Notes under the pieces: model-generated
The model's database searches: none
What the model saw: only the letters and a program-made list of their open reading frames with translations
Told to the model about the DNA's origin: nothing
Position numbers and translations under genes: made by a program
In this document: one piece after another, positions 51,201 to 64,000 of the stretch
Numbering within the stretch: the first letter of the stretch is position 1
Layout of the letters: each line of letters starts with the position of its first letter
Assembly (NCBI RefSeq): GCF_009834535.1
Contig: NC_045697.1
Location: forward strand, 89,096,001-89,160,000
DNA length: 64,000 nt
Direction of reading: 5' to 3'
Source: Camelus ferus
Lineage: Eukaryota

Positions 51201-52129
51201 TATTCTGAGGAAGTCTAACCTGTTACCCGACACATTTTAGATCTGAATTTATGATTCTGGAAGAAATAATTAGCCAAGATTATATCTCTACTCTGAGAAT
51301 ATGCTACGAGTGACACTAACTCTTCATATAACTGAAGTTCACAAATGCCATATTTTCTGTGACTAACTGAGAGAGTAGTAAGCAATTTGTTTTAAATTCA
51401 GTTTGATTATGTATATTGTTTGAAGAATTGCCAACTTTTACTGGGTTTGCTTTTAGTTTCAATTTGCTTTTAATGTCAGCAGAGGACCTAATACTGTACA
51501 CATAGTCAGATAACTTATTTTGAAAGAGATTTACAATTCACAAAGTGTTTGAATGAAATTCTGATCTTACACATACATGAAGTTAATGAAATATTAGTGA
51601 AATTAAACTGCATAAAAATTTTAAAAGCCTAATATTATGTTGTTCTATTTTTATTTTAAGAACTCAACAGAAATTAGCAAGGAAAAAAATGTAGGAACTA
51701 GAGTGAACTGAGATTTCAGACTGCCAGAGAAAAATCTAGACATCTAATGAAGACAAAAAACACATCCTCCTTAACTCTGAAGTAACAGCTAAGTTTGGGT
51801 GGCAATTTATGACTTCCCATAGCCTGATTAAGAAGTCATTATGCTTTCAAAACATAATATGGCATTGAAGTATGAATAGTAACTTTTTTCTCATTTAAAG
51901 GAGGTTAGTTTACCAAATGTTTCCTGTCTTTTATGCCTATTATGCTGTATCCCCAAAGACCACTAGTAAATTTAGACAACACTATCCAAAATAGATACCT
52001 TAACAATGTAAATACAGTCAAAGCACATTCAGAAGCTTGGTGTGTTCCAATGATCTGCTGCCTTTTGTTCTGACCTCTCCTGCAAACCCATGTACACTGG
52101 GTACAGAGACCACTGTGTGTAATAAATTT

Positions 52130-52295
52130 AGCTTCCTACCTCTTTATGTTTCTGTTTCTGCCCCTCTCTCCTACTAGAACACAAACTCTTTGAGAGCCAA
52201 TTCTTTGGCATTTTTTTTCCCACAAAGCCTAGTGCCTCATACAAGGCCAATGTTCAAGAGACATCATTTGAATAAGTGAATAAATAAATGAACAA
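52130..52295 (+). mobile_element. L2 3' terminus
   Basis: CTCTCCTACTAGAACACAAACTCTTTGAG...CACAAAGCCTAG...TTTGAATAAGTGAATAAATAAATGAA. Confidence 0.65.
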
Positions 52296-52359
52296 TTGTA
52301 TACCTTGCCTAGAAATCAATTTAGTTAGAAGGTAACAAGAGAACATTTTGACTCCTATA

Positions 52360-52510
52360 TTCTTTGTGAGGCTTTAAACATATAATCTGGGGGGCCTCAT
52401 TTAAGATATATAATATGTAATAATTAGTGTGAAACTGCTAGGGCCTTTTTCTTTGCTGTGGAAGTGGTCTATGCAAGTGAGGTTCTCTGAAGTCACAGCT
52501 TCGCTAACTA
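52360..52510. mobile_element. hAT MITE, MER53-like
   Basis: TATAATCTGGGGGGCCTCATTTAAGA...AGGGCCTT...TGCAAGTGAGG..CTCTGAAG...AGCTTC, matched from memory. Confidence 0.5.
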
Positions 52511-54134
52511 TATGAGAGTTTTGTTTAGTGTTATGTTAATGGTCTTCTCTGTGGCTAGATCTAAAATCTGTTTTAGATCACTCTTATCTGAACAATTTTC
52601 CTTAGGCTGGATGGACACCAGAGAGATGAGATCCCAGGGTTCCCTTGAGGATGTATGTCCTGAAGGAATCGTTTCCATTAAATGCAGGAGGACTTAATTT
52701 GAAGAGTAATTTTAAAACTGTGTAAGAATTAGTGTCATTTTTTGGTAGATTTCTTTAGTTTTCTTGCATAAGGTTAAAATTCATTTAATTATTTAATAAA
52801 GATACACTGATTATTAAAATTAATCTGAGAGTCAACTTTAAGGATATTTATACACATATACATGTAAAATGAGAGGGAGAGATATATGCATAGATACGTG
52901 TACAGTTAAGAGTGAGCCTGGGAGAGTTCAAAGGTGCATACGTACGTAATGTACATATATGTATCCTGTTAGCTCAGGGGGTGAGAATTTTTAATTTTTC
53001 CCCACCTTTACACAAAATGGGTTTACCTCTATTTATTTCAGGGTAGAGTTGCTGATTTGAACTTTAAGGCCTGAGATTACATCAGGGAAATCTGGGTTTT
53101 CTCCAGATGGTTTACTAGGAGGTCTGGACCTCCCATTCCCCATTCTTAATTCCTGCCTTGTTTATATCCAATTTAATGACTGTCTGGCCTCTATTACTGG
53201 CAAAAGGGTGTTACAAATCCCAGTGGTCATTGGCACAGGTTTTAGCCACAGCTCCAGAGAGAAGAAGAGAGGAATGGAAAGGCTGGATTTGGCTGCTACT
53301 CATGCTGTTTATATCTAAACTGTCTCATAAAGTCTGACAAGTATATAATGGTTACTTCTGTTCACGGCAGGCCTGGCTGCTGATTCCACATCGCACTGGT
53401 CTCAGGCTTCTTATTTGCAGGCTCCCTCAGACTTCAGTCCTCACGGATTTACTCATCCCTCAGTAAACCAGTTCCTCTCAGAGATTAGCATACTGGATTT
53501 ATTTCAGATTAGGTTTGCCAATTTTTCAAATTTGTGTTCTGATACAGCAAGTCTACGTTAAATAAAATTTGGCTCAGTGGGCACTTAGGTCTAATAATTT
53601 TAGTGTAAAAATTTGCAAAAAATTGCAAAATTTTTTACCCTCAGTGTTTCTTCTCCAAATTTGTCCTTCCTTGCTAACTCTTTGGTGACAACAAAAGCAT
53701 GTGAATATGCCACTCTGAATTATTTGTGCCTTGCAATGTGAAAATAATCCTTTAAACAATCTTCATATACATATTCTGGTATCAGGGTAAAAAAATTTAA
53801 TAATTAAACATTCATTCATGTTTCTAAGTTTTTATCCATGTTCTGAACTGAGATTTTATTAAGTCAATTGGCATTTAAAACTTGGCTTGACCCTTTCTTT
53901 TTCTTGTTGTTGTTTGTTTCTATTGTTAACAACACATAGACAGGAATGGTGCCTCATTGAGATTTGTATTTAAGGGCTTGACACAGATTATGTGTTATGA
54001 ATGAAAATGAACTATCAAAGGTGTTGATGTGCTTTGGAGGTTCGGCTTCTTAATGGGACACCGTTTTTATTATTTTATAAATCATTTACAAATAGAATGG
54101 TGTAGTGAGACACATCCTAGATTGTAAATCAGAG

Positions 54135-55010
54135 TTTAGAAAAGAAAGTACAAGATGAAACTGGAATGTTTGTAGTGTCAAAAAAGGCTGAGAAATGATG
54201 GGAAACCCCCCACAGAAATTGGTGTGAATGGGGTCCTGCTGACCAAATATGGAATAATTTGATGATCAAAAAATAGCAATAATAATACATTTTACCTATC
54301 AAACAAAATAGTAAGTGATAAGGTCAATAAAAATACAAAACAATTAATGGGTATGTATAAAGTCTGATGAGGAATGGGTTATTTATCATTTCAAACTACC
54401 TCCTCGTAAAGTATGTATTAATTACAAAGGGGTATAGCAAAACTGAACAGTAGAATGGCTTTGGCTGACATTGTCTTAATGAAATGATCAAAGTAAACAT
54501 TATCAATAATTGAAGAGACTGAAATTGTGTGTCACCTTTATAAGATGCAATGAGAAAAACACAACATCACTTCTATAAAGGTACTGCCCCAAATTCATAA
54601 CCTAAATCTAATCAAATCTATTTGGAATAGATTGTAAAAAATAATTAGCTTATGCCCTTAAAGATGAAGGTCATGAAAGTCAAGGAAAGACTAAGGAAAT
54701 ATTACAGATTGAAGGAAAACAATTGAATGCAGCGTATAACTGTAAACTGGATTTTTTACTACACAAGTCATTTATCAGACAATTGAAGATACTTGAACGG
54801 AATCTGAGGTTTAAGTAATATAAATGTATATGTAATCTCATGGTTCTTCATGGTGTGTTATGTTTATATAGGATAATGGCCTCGTTTATAGGAAACATAC
54901 ACTAAATTATTCGACGGTGATGAGATAGCAACTTATTCTCAAAAATATCATTTGAACTTTTCTTCCAAGATTATTAGGTATTAGTATTTGTTACCAAAAT
55001 TTAAAAATTA
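54135..55010 (+). mobile_element. L1MC4/L1MC5-like 3'UTR
   Basis: TATTAATTACAAAGGG, ATGATCAAAGTAAACAT, GATGCAATGAGAAAAACACAACATCACTTCT, CATAACCTAAATCTAATC, AGGTCATGAAAGTCAAGGAAAGACT. Confidence 0.8.
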
Positions 55011-57689
55011 AAAGCTAAAAAATACTTTTAGGGTTATAAAAATTTGTGAGAAATTATATTGTATTCTGTTTACAGTCTTAACTTGCAAAGCAAAAAATAA
55101 TAAAAATAAAGCCTGAACTCAACCTTAAAAATAATGATATGAAATCAATAGGGCTTTTTTTTTAACACCAAAGAAAACATTTTTACAAAGTGGACATAAT
55201 TTATGGGAGGGGACTACTGATCCAATTAAGATGCCCGAAGAATAATTAAATATAGAAAGATGTAATTCCACGCATAGCTTTATTTCTTCAATGTGACTGC
55301 TGCTTCTCATTCTCATAAATTTTATTTTTGCTACTGTTTTTATACACTGGAATGTACTTTGTGGCACTTAAATTACATATATTTCTTTGGAAAAGAATAT
55401 TATGAAAGGCCCATAACATTTATGTTTATTGACCTCAGTAAAAATCTAGGCTATAATTGCACAATAGAAAATCCATCTGTTTCACTAGTGTGTAATAGAT
55501 TTTGACTTCCAGACAGGGTAACTGAGTTATGTTGGGTATTGATATATGTTAGTACTCACTTGTTCCTTCTCCATTTTTATTAGGTAATCCTTTCAAAACA
55601 GTCTCCCCAGAGTAAGTTGCAGGCATTCTGTAAAAACAGGATCTACTCACTTAGTCGTGGACTACCACATTTCTCTTTTAGTAAGACAATGGAAAATCTG
55701 TTACTCATTAGACAGCAATATATTTTTTATTAAATCATGTAAGTTGAGCTCTAAAATTTTGTATTGGGTCTAATTATTTGGTTTAAGGGCTTGTATTGAC
55801 TAAAATATTAAAGTATCAAATTGTTACTTTAACATTTTTGTTCTTAATGAACTTTTTGACTAATTTTCACCCTTCTATGGAAGAGAACATTTCATGTTTT
55901 AAGATACAGTAATTGCCTTACATAATCATTACTGGTGACTATTAATGTGATCTAAGCTTAGCACACAGTTTTCAGAGATTATAGTGTTAATCATTTACGA
56001 AGAAGGTGAAGATCCTAGAGAAGATCCTGATGAGTAAAATGGCCAGATCATGAAAAGATATGATGACTATCTACCAAAGGACAGTCAGATTATCTGTTTC
56101 CAAAGTTCACTGAGCCAATACAGAGCCAAGTGAGATCAACCTCTCCGTAGGATATGAAAGCCAGAGATAGAACAACAGGGAAGTGTTGCCAGTAACTGCA
56201 GACATTGGGAGAAGGCCCACATCAAACTGCGTCCTCCCAGCATGCAGTACAGGTCACTTGCCAGTAGACTGCTGATTATAAATGGACTCAATTATTCTAG
56301 ACCAAACTAGTAGAAGTGTTTTCTGCTTACAGTGCACATGGACACGGATGGAAACAAACCCATATCAAATGTACATGCTGGCAACTAAAACACTTGAGGT
56401 AATTGGGAATGTCTTCCTATACATTAATGATAATGTGAGGTTATAATGGTGCCCTTTATTTAAAGGCTACAAAATGAAGGCAAGTGTTCTTTCCTTGATA
56501 TTTTTATAAAATCTAGAAACACTAAGTGATGATTGTTCCAAATATGACATATCAGATGAAGTACTGTCAGTATACAGTGAGTCAGCTGTAGCACAGCTGG
56601 TGTTAATTCTACCATATTGAGAGTCTCAGCCCTGAATTGTTCGTAAAGCCCTCTACTATTGTCTTTGCCTATAATCATCTTCTAATTTTACATTTTCCCA
56701 TTTCTACCTTCAAGAGAAGTGCAACTTTTCTTGACCCTCTATGTTTTTGTTTCTCAAGCTTAGTCTTTTATTCTTTCTTTGAAATGCTTAATTAATGGTG
56801 GAGACAATAACTCAGGATGACCTGGAAAGTAGCTGACCTTTACTTATGTGACAGTCATATAACTGGGAACTTGATCTAGAAATATGACAACACACCACTC
56901 CACCAATTCATCACTAAAACTATTATTCTGAAAACTCTTGTAGAATAAGAAAAAAGAAAAAGGAAGCAAAGAAGAGTCTTAACAAGTCAGATTCCAGTTC
57001 CAGAACCACTAGAGAAGCTTGCATTGAAAGGATTAGAATTTAGAAATGAGATTAGCCCTTTGAAAAGACTCAGGCTAAGATAGTAATCTGGAAAGCACGG
57101 TGGTAATAATTCAAACAAAAGTGAAACTTGGGGAGATCTAGCAAGAAGTTACAATGAGTTCATGGACACTAGGTACTCAAGAAAGAGACTCAATTATCAG
57201 AACTGGTGGGTGAAATAAAAGTGTGGTTTCAATAATAATTTTGAAGTGCACTTTATAGATTTAAACTTAATGTAGGAAAAAATACCAACTCAGTTGTTTA
57301 GACTGGTTTACTTAAGCTCTTAAGTTGGATATTTTAACACTGTCCCTGGGATAAGCTTCTCCCTGGGGTAGGATTAATTCTGGTAACATGAGTGAAACAG
57401 AGCCTATGTACACTCAGAAAAATGGAAGAGAGCTATAGAGACAAGGAAATATGTTGGTTATTACTGATTTAATATATCATTGCAAGATGTTTCTGAGCTT
57501 CTGAGAAGTGAAGGAATAGATTTCGCTCTTCTGATAATAAAATAAATCCATGGAATAAATTTCTATTTTAAGATTTATTCTGTCTATATTCCATCTGGAT
57601 TAGGTAAATTTCCAGTTTCTACTTCGAAAAATAATGCCATCTCTTCTTTTTTCAAAATTCTTCTAGTGTATCTGTTGGGTGCCTAAATC

Positions 57690-58500
57690 ACTCTTTTTTA
57701 AACAGTCTTAAAAGTATGGTCTATAGTTTGAACTTTACCTTCTCAACAACTTTTGAAATATAATTTATTAACTCTAGTAAAATCACTCATTGACTTTATC
57801 ATCACCTAAATCCAATGGATACTTTCTTATCTCTCATCTTATTTAATCCTTCTGTAACATAATATTGAGCTCTCCTACTTCTTAACATACATGTTTCTGA
57901 TGGCATCAGGTATCCATTTCTCCTCCTAGCTTTCCCCTATCTCCAGTCTCTCTGATCAGTCCTTCTCACCCTTCTTTCCTAAATCTGTTCTTTGAATGTT
58001 CTTATTCCCTACAGTTTAATCTTGGATCCTATTCTTTTTTATGTTTTACATGTTTTTCTCTTGATGTTATCATTTACTTGGTAGTTTAATAAACCATTTG
58101 TTCACCAATAACTTTTTCTATCATTCTTATCACCTAATTTTCTATCACTGATTTCTCTACTGAGTTTATTTATGATTGAGTTCCTAATTGCCAATTTCTA
58201 TCTTTAGTAGGATATTAGGCAGGAAACATAAATACACAGGTTCTACATCTAATTCATTTTCTTCTCTGGAAAACTTGCTCCTTTTCCTCTTTTTCTTATA
58301 TCCCCCATATTACTTAATGGCATCACTATTTGTTCAGTTCCATGGCAACTACCTCGAATTCCTTTCTCTTTCTGATGCTTCACGTGCAATAAGTTAATAG
58401 TTTTGTTTGTTTTTGTTACTCCTGTCATAGTCTAGGTTTTCATCATTTCATAGATCTTTTCTGATGTCCTTGACACAAATGCCCTCCTACATCAGATGCT
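57690..58500 (+). mobile_element. L2 fragment
   Basis: CCTAAATCCAATGGATACTTT...CTCATCTTATTTAATCCTTCTGTAACAT, CTTGGATCCTATTCTTTTT, TAATGGCATCACTATT. Confidence 0.65.
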
Positions 58501-59894
58501 TTGTTTCTAGAAAATTTTAAGTTCCTCTGACCAATAGCATAACCTGTCTGTCACAGGAATTGCAGTCTAATTAAACTCATTTTTATTTTAAGAGCTAAAT
58601 TGAAATGACTGTAATCCTCCATCTAACATTCAAGAAATTAACCATTGCCCCAGGTCTACCTTCCCTCATCCTACCCCCATTATATTTGGAAAAATTCAGA
58701 ATGAAGTATCTCATATGGATCCAGAAATAAGTCTGGCTTGGTCTTCCCTTTGTTGCCCCAGCACATAAACTCTTCAAAATAATAACTGCTCTTCACAACT
58801 TAATATTGTTTCTCTGTGCACATACATTTGTCACTGGAGGCGTGATAGAAAAATTCTAGTTTCAACCTGGAAATGTGTAAATATCTTTCTTCTCCAGCTT
58901 ACTGAGATGCTTTGGTATCTTGGTGTTGAAGTGGCATTGCTTGTGTCTTGATTCTTACAAAATTCTGAACATCAGCTTCATTTTTCTTTATCAATAAGTA
59001 ACCAAACAACATGAAGATATTCTCTTACACATACTCCACTGAAACAAGTGTGGCTAAATTTTATTCCTTAAATTTCTTTATGATTTTCTCTGTTTTGCTT
59101 TGTTTCTGTCTTGTTTTACCTTCTTCCTGTTTAACAAGATAGCAGGACTTGCATTTCCTTTCTGCACATTATGTTTGTGGGGTAATAGCTTGTTCTTATT
59201 TTAAATCTAAAGCCTACTGATGAGATTAAGTGAAGTGCTCCTAAAAGAAATACCAAGAGAAAAGGATGTGTGGGAAATATTTGGAGAAACTCAGTAGTTT
59301 AGAGGGTGAAGAGTAAGGCTTTCCTCTAGATAGGAAAAAAGAAAAAAGAACCTCCTTAGGCTACAGAGAAACAATGAGAAAGGTGCTTGTGGTTCTGCAG
59401 AAAAGGAGACCCTTAGTCCAGCCTCTTGGCAGCATGGCAGGGAGTTAGGGATATGCTGAAGGAAATAACTGTGTAGTATTTTTGGACCCTGTGAAGCATT
59501 GCCTTGCTCTAATAATGAGAATAATTCAAAGCAGTGGGAAATTGAAGGATTAAGCACCCAGAGATGATGAGTATCTCAGTGCAAAACTTTGACCCACTGA
59601 AACTAAAGACCCCAATACAACCTGCTGATACCTTGAAGCAGGAGCATGAGACCAGCCAGACACCCAGGAAGAATGGAGGATATGCTTTCTGTCAGCAATA
59701 GATGGGGATTAAACCCACACTTTCTACCAAAATTGAATCCTCATCCACCAAGTTAAAACTAAAGATAACTGAGTGTCTTATCAAGACTCACTTATCAAGT
59801 GAGGACCTATCAGGTAGACTTATCAAGGAGGAAATACCACCCTTTCTGTTATTCTATGTCTGGCTGCTCTGAGATGTGTGGAATGTGATTTATT

Positions 59895-60148
59895 AGCATA
59901 GCATAATAGTCAAGAGCTTGGGTTCCAGAGACAATGAATTATCATAACCAGTGATTCCAAAACTTCCCAGCGCTGGACATTGAAAAATTATGTAACCTAT
60001 CTCTGCCTCAGTTTCTTGATCTGGCATTAAAAAATGATAATAATGTTACCTTTTTCATACAGTTGCTATGAAAATTAAATGAGATCTTGCATATAAAAGA
60101 CTCAAAAGAGCACATGGCACAGAGTGAACACTCAATATGGTATTATTA
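59895..60148 (+). mobile_element. MIR SINE
   Basis: GCATAATAGTCAAGAGCTTGGGTTC, TAACCTATCTCTGCCTCAGTTTC, AAATTAAATGAGAT...ATATAAAAG...CATGGCACAGAGTGAACACTCAATA. Confidence 0.8.
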
Positions 60149-61739
60149 CTCCTGCACTGCCACCCCAGGTGAACAAGTTGAATAATTTACACTGTGAACA
60201 GTCTCAACTTTCCCATAACTTTCCAATCCAGATAATAACCCACTTAGTTCAGGGACTTAGATTCCACTTTCAATTTAAGGCTTAGGGATGGGAGCAAAAA
60301 GCATTCATTTTTTTGTTTTAAGAAAACATGAATTTTACAGGGAGATGAGTTGTCAAAATAATATTTTGAGATTTTAATTCATGCACTGCCTCCTCACCAA
60401 GCAAGTTTCTCCTTATCTCTTTTCCCCATTCAAATAGATAGCAGGCACACTAACTACTTCCTTGCTCAAAAGATAGTGTAAGAAGGGTTGTAAAATTCCA
60501 AAAATCAATGGTCTGAGTAGTAAATCACTATAGATACTCCTGAGAGAAGTCACAAAGAAAATTATCTAAAGCTATAGTTTGCTAGAGAAATTGGGCTTTG
60601 AGTGGAGTTACCCAATTCCAAAGGGAAGGAAGTTTACCCAAGATGGGGAGTATACAAGACAGAAAGATCTCAGGAGCCAAAAAAGTCCAAGCTGGGTTCT
60701 TATCAACTAGCTAAGGAGTTTGCAAGACCCCCTAGAGGGAAATGGTTTCATGGTGCAGCTAGACAAAACATGTCCATCCTAGAATGTAACAGTCAACTCA
60801 TCAGTGAGTTAACAATACCCTGGAAGGGAATGGTTTCACGATATGGCTATACAGAAGGGACTATAGAGTAAAGTTTTCAGGCCCCAGAGGTGACCCAAAA
60901 GCATCCGGCAGTCACCATCCTGAAGAAGTCCTGAGGACAAGGCTAACAAGCATCTCTAAAAACTTCTAAAAACAAATGGCCAAAGACTAGGGACTCTGTC
61001 CTATCTGCATCTCCTTCCGTGTACAGATGTCCCTCCTCCCTCCCTGGAAATTAACAATGAAGTGGATGCCAGAAGTAAAGCACAGTGTTGTGGGAGGGAG
61101 TTCATCAAGAAGACTGAAGTTAAGCTTTCTGACATCCCGGTGCGAGGAGTGTGAAATGAATTTGATTCACACAAAAGGGAAGTTTTGGCCTGAGGTTCAT
61201 ACTTCTTAAGAAAACAACAGGTGAACCTTAATCCATACTTACAAAAAACATATCTCAGAGAATAATCTCTCTCTTCCACACAAAGAGACCACACCTCACA
61301 TTTTCTAGTAAAATGTTCCTTTGATCTACAGTCTAAACACCTGCATTTTTAGTTTGTGGTTTTTGCTTCTCATCTGAAGATAATGCATTCAGGCCAGCTA
61401 ACGGTCTGATTAATTGATTTTACCACAAAGGAAGAATTTCTTCGAAGGGTGGGGACAAATCTCCTCTTTCATCAAATAAAACGAAACCAAAACTTCCTCA
61501 TAGCTTCAAAAAGAAGTATTTTGACTTGTACTTTTCCCACTAAATTTTCAGATATGGGTCAAAATTCCATGAAAGTCAAGCTCCAAAAGTAGGTTTTCTT
61601 AAGTGTGAGGCTTATGAATGGAAGCCTGGTCCCAAAATGACGGCAACGAGATGCCTTTTTGCCCCTTTCACAGCTCTTCTTTTGCTCTGAGATCTCAGAT
61701 ACACTAGGAGTCTGTACTAAGTCATTCATAAAAGTGCTC

Positions 61740-62185
61740 TCTTCAACTTTTCCTTGCCAGTGTCACCTCTGTAAGCATCCTCTTTACATCTTGGCCACGT
61801 TAAACATATTCAAACATATCCTTCAAAGTCCTACCTCCTTTACCTACAGGCTTCTACTGCTGTGCCTCCTGCTGTCTTCCCCCTTCCCACATTCTCCACC
61901 ATTGTTCTCTATCAGTAGGATCTCTCCTCATCCTCAAAGAACCCACTCAAGATTTTCGTTACTTCCTCAGGCAAAAAGTGTTGCCTTGTCTTCTGGACTT
62001 CCATAAAACTTTCCAGTGTCTGCATTATAACACTTACTGCAATGACTATAATTATTTATGTGTCTGTCTCTCTCAAAAAACTACACACTTCTTAAGAAAA
62101 GGGGCAGGGTTTATTTTTCTTTAAATCTTCAAAGTTTGCACAGTGCTTGGCATAGGTGGGAGTTCAATGTTGATGAATGAATGGC
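61740..62185 (+). mobile_element. L2 3' fragment
   Basis: TTATGTGTCTGTCTCTCTC...GGGGCAGGG...GCACAGTGCTTGGCATAG...TCAATGTTGATGAATGAATG terminus. Confidence 0.7.
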
Positions 62186-64000
62186 TACATGAACTAGTAG
62201 AAACTTAAGAATCCACTGCCCAATTATTATTCTGAAACACTTGCATTAGCTCAAGACTTTGCATATTTTAAAGCTCCATGAAAAAGGTGTCAGAGATACA
62301 TTCATGATGCTCTATTAAAAGAAAGAATATACACTTTTTGTACTTTCAGTGAAATACCTTTTACAAAAGGTACTAAGTATTTTATTGCATAGGGGTACAT
62401 AAATGTTGTGCTGCCCACCTTTTGACTAAAACATAATATAAAAATGTGGCATTGATAATTGTATAGGTGTCTACAAGGAAAGATTACCCCAAGTGACATT
62501 GGAACTTCTCTGATGGTCTGTTAAGTAATCTGACATTTTTAGTGTGAGAAAAAAGTGTTAGGAGAGGTGTGCCACATCAGGAAATTGCCTGCAGGACTGG
62601 CTTCATTCCTATTATCGAAAAATCAGAGCAGTCATATTACAGTATTTAAGTAGCTTCCCCTCTATACTTACCTTGAAGATGTAGTTTACAGTTACCCCTC
62701 CTTCCCTAAAAAACTCCTTTTTCCCTAAATAGGAAAGAGAAGGGAAGAGAATATTTTTATGCTCTTTTTTTTTTTTTTAAGTTACTGATGTAATTTGGTT
62801 AACTCAAGTGACTAACAAAGGGTATGGCTTGTATAGTTTAGATTACATTTAAGTTGCCAACATTAAAGGTAAAAAAATATATATATGAAAAAGAAAAAAA
62901 TGCAAAGAGTGAAGCTTAATTTCTATCCCTAAAAGCTAGAAAGAGAAATATACTAAAAGCAAAAAGAGCACTTTGATTTAAGACAATGGAAAAAGAAAAA
63001 GGAATATTCTCCACATAAGTGGACAGATGCTCTAAACAGTCAGCTTTGGTTTCTGGATATTAGGAAAAAATGTTTTATAAGGCTTGGACTTCCTAGGTCT
63101 AATGAAGGATGATTTAGAAGGAGAAGCCAACCCCAGTCATCTTCCAACTTCACACTTCAAGAGCTGCCAATGTTTATGGTTAATGAGGTGGACTTGGAGC
63201 CATGCCCTTAATTACCTTGACCCTGTGAAATCCTGTTTCTTAAACGTTTTAAACTCATGACCCTTTGAAGCTTTCTTGTTCTGTGTATTTACAATAGCTA
63301 AGAAGACCCTCTCTTGTTTTTCTTTATGTACTTTGAATTATATATAAAAAAAAAACCTATGCGTCATAGATGCTTTTTCAATATATTTGGACTATTGGTG
63401 ATTTTGACATGAGTCTTTAGTGTGGATTTTGCACTATGTGTCACCTCTTAAAAGTGGGCTTAAAATATGAGAGCTGTATGTACAACTTGTAAGTTAGGGT
63501 AGTCTATATGAGCTGGCATGTTATTCGAGGTTCTTCATGAGTGTTATTGAAGGAATTCAGTAACATCAGACATACAGAAGACAGAAGGAAAGGCTTTAAA
63601 CTTATCTTCATATTTAGTTTTGTCTATCACTTGTACATTCATTATATGTACATATATTTTCACATAATTTCACTGAAATTTTTAATAAGCACACATTATT
63701 TTAGTTGGTATATCTGTGGTGGAGGAGAGGGCCTCTACTGTGGAACAGGATCATAATTTTAATTTTGCAGTTCAGTGGGTTTAAGAAATGTGTGGTTTTT
63801 TTCCACCTAGAATGTGGTATTATCAAAAATAGGATTGAGTGTAGTACAAATCAATTACTCTACTACTATTAGGAAAGTATACGAAATTGAAGACAAGAAA
63901 ATTTAATATGTATACTTGGAAACAGCAGAGAATAAACATTTTTATCTTTACTATTCTCTAGATTTTAGCTTATATACCATTACAAGATGTACTGGAATAT

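Noticed and set aside
55990..56300. Purine-rich stretch resembling a processed pseudogene
   Set aside because: The frames I tried hit stops quickly, with no recognisable product, poly-A tail or TSD.
1..64000. Prokaryote-type systems (CRISPR arrays, operons, defence islands)
   Set aside because: The sequence is mammalian and repeat-rich, with no long ORFs or regularly spaced repeat-spacer arrays.

Overview
AT-rich, CpG-poor placental-mammal DNA that reads as intergenic or deep-intronic. I cannot support any protein-coding gene, tRNA, rRNA or CRISPR array. The only ORFs I recognise are decayed L1 ORF1/ORF2 and hAT transposase fragments. Much of the window is old transposable-element debris: L2, MIR, L1M, MLT1/ERVL LTRs and hAT-Charlie elements. 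Better-preserved insertions are a 518-bp solo LTR with a 4-bp TSD, an L1 5'UTR/ORF1 fragment and two copies of a young L1 3' end. That L1 tail, plus no recognisable Alu, B1, Bov-tA, PRE1 or SINEC SINEs, suggests a camelid or related artiodactyl (inference from memory, not a database result). The best leads are: (1) plus-strand polypyrimidine-AG|GTRAG junctions resembling recursive-splicing sites; (2) a probable deletion junction fusing MIR, L1 and Charlie1; (3) a fold-back palindrome replacing the L1 YY1 site; (4) an ultra-short TSD-flanked L1 tail; (5) several compact enhancer-like motif clusters and a CpG-rich hairpin region. I found no convincing new biological system. Repeat family names come from visual recall, and most boundaries are approximate.
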